Assembly (NCBI RefSeq): GCF_963506605.1
Contig: NC_083281.1
Coordinates: forward strand, 30,876,001-30,940,000
DNA length: 64,000 nt
Direction: 5' to 3'
From: Zootoca vivipara
Lineage: Eukaryota
Positions 63,868 to 64,000 of the stretch are shown here, piece by piece; position 1 is the first letter of the stretch, and each line of letters begins with the position of its first letter. The position numbers were made by a program, and so were the translations under genes. The notes beneath the pieces were generated by a model. The model was given only the letters and a program-made list of their open reading frames with translations. It ran no database searches and was not told the DNA's origin.

Positions 63868-64000
63868 TCAGTCCTTGTGCTTCTTCTTATGATGCTTCTT
63901 CTTTTTTCGCTTCTGGGATGCACTAGCTTTTTCAGTCCGTTTTGATTTCTTCCTTGATGGCTGAACATCATCAGCATCTGACTCACCACTGTCAGAATCC
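63868..64000 (-). CDS. ZCCHC17: ZCCHC17 (pNO40) last coding exon, partial
   Basis: The minus strand reads ...DSDSGESDADDVQPSRKKSKRTEKASASQKRKKKKHHKKKHKD-TGA, resembling the recalled human C-terminus (...SDSDSSDSESD...KKKKHKKKHKE). It is convergent with FABP3, as in human. Confidence 0.85.
   Translation of the reverse strand, partial: DSDSGESDADDVQPSRKKSKRTEKASASQKRKKKKHHKKKHKD

Overview
Vertebrate genomic DNA, almost certainly from a squamate and probably a lacertid lizard (Sauria SINEs, Bov-B, L2, CR1, Penelope, many hAT and Tc1/mariner MITEs). The window holds the first five coding exons of SERINC2 (- strand, CpG-island promoter at ~19.3-19.9 kb), a complete four-exon FABP3 (+ strand, 133 aa) and the last coding exon of ZCCHC17 (- strand). 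This matches the SERINC2-FABP3-ZCCHC17 order of human 1p35. The main find lies between SERINC2 and FABP3, where I know of no gene in human. It is an intact two-coding-exon, 75-aa cAMP-dependent protein kinase inhibitor (PKI) gene (35716-35860 + 37220-37302) with a complete pseudosubstrate and a CRM1-type NES. Its position mirrors SERINC1-PKIB-FABP7 and SERINC3-PKIG, which suggests a fourth PKI ohnolog lost in mammals. It may be driven from a bidirectional SERINC2 promoter carrying two full CREs. Also notable are Penelope-associated minimal hammerhead ribozyme motifs, nested transposon insertions, a solo LTR in the PKI intron and a perfect 93-bp tandem duplication. All gene identities come from recalled protein sequences and exon sizes, not database searches.
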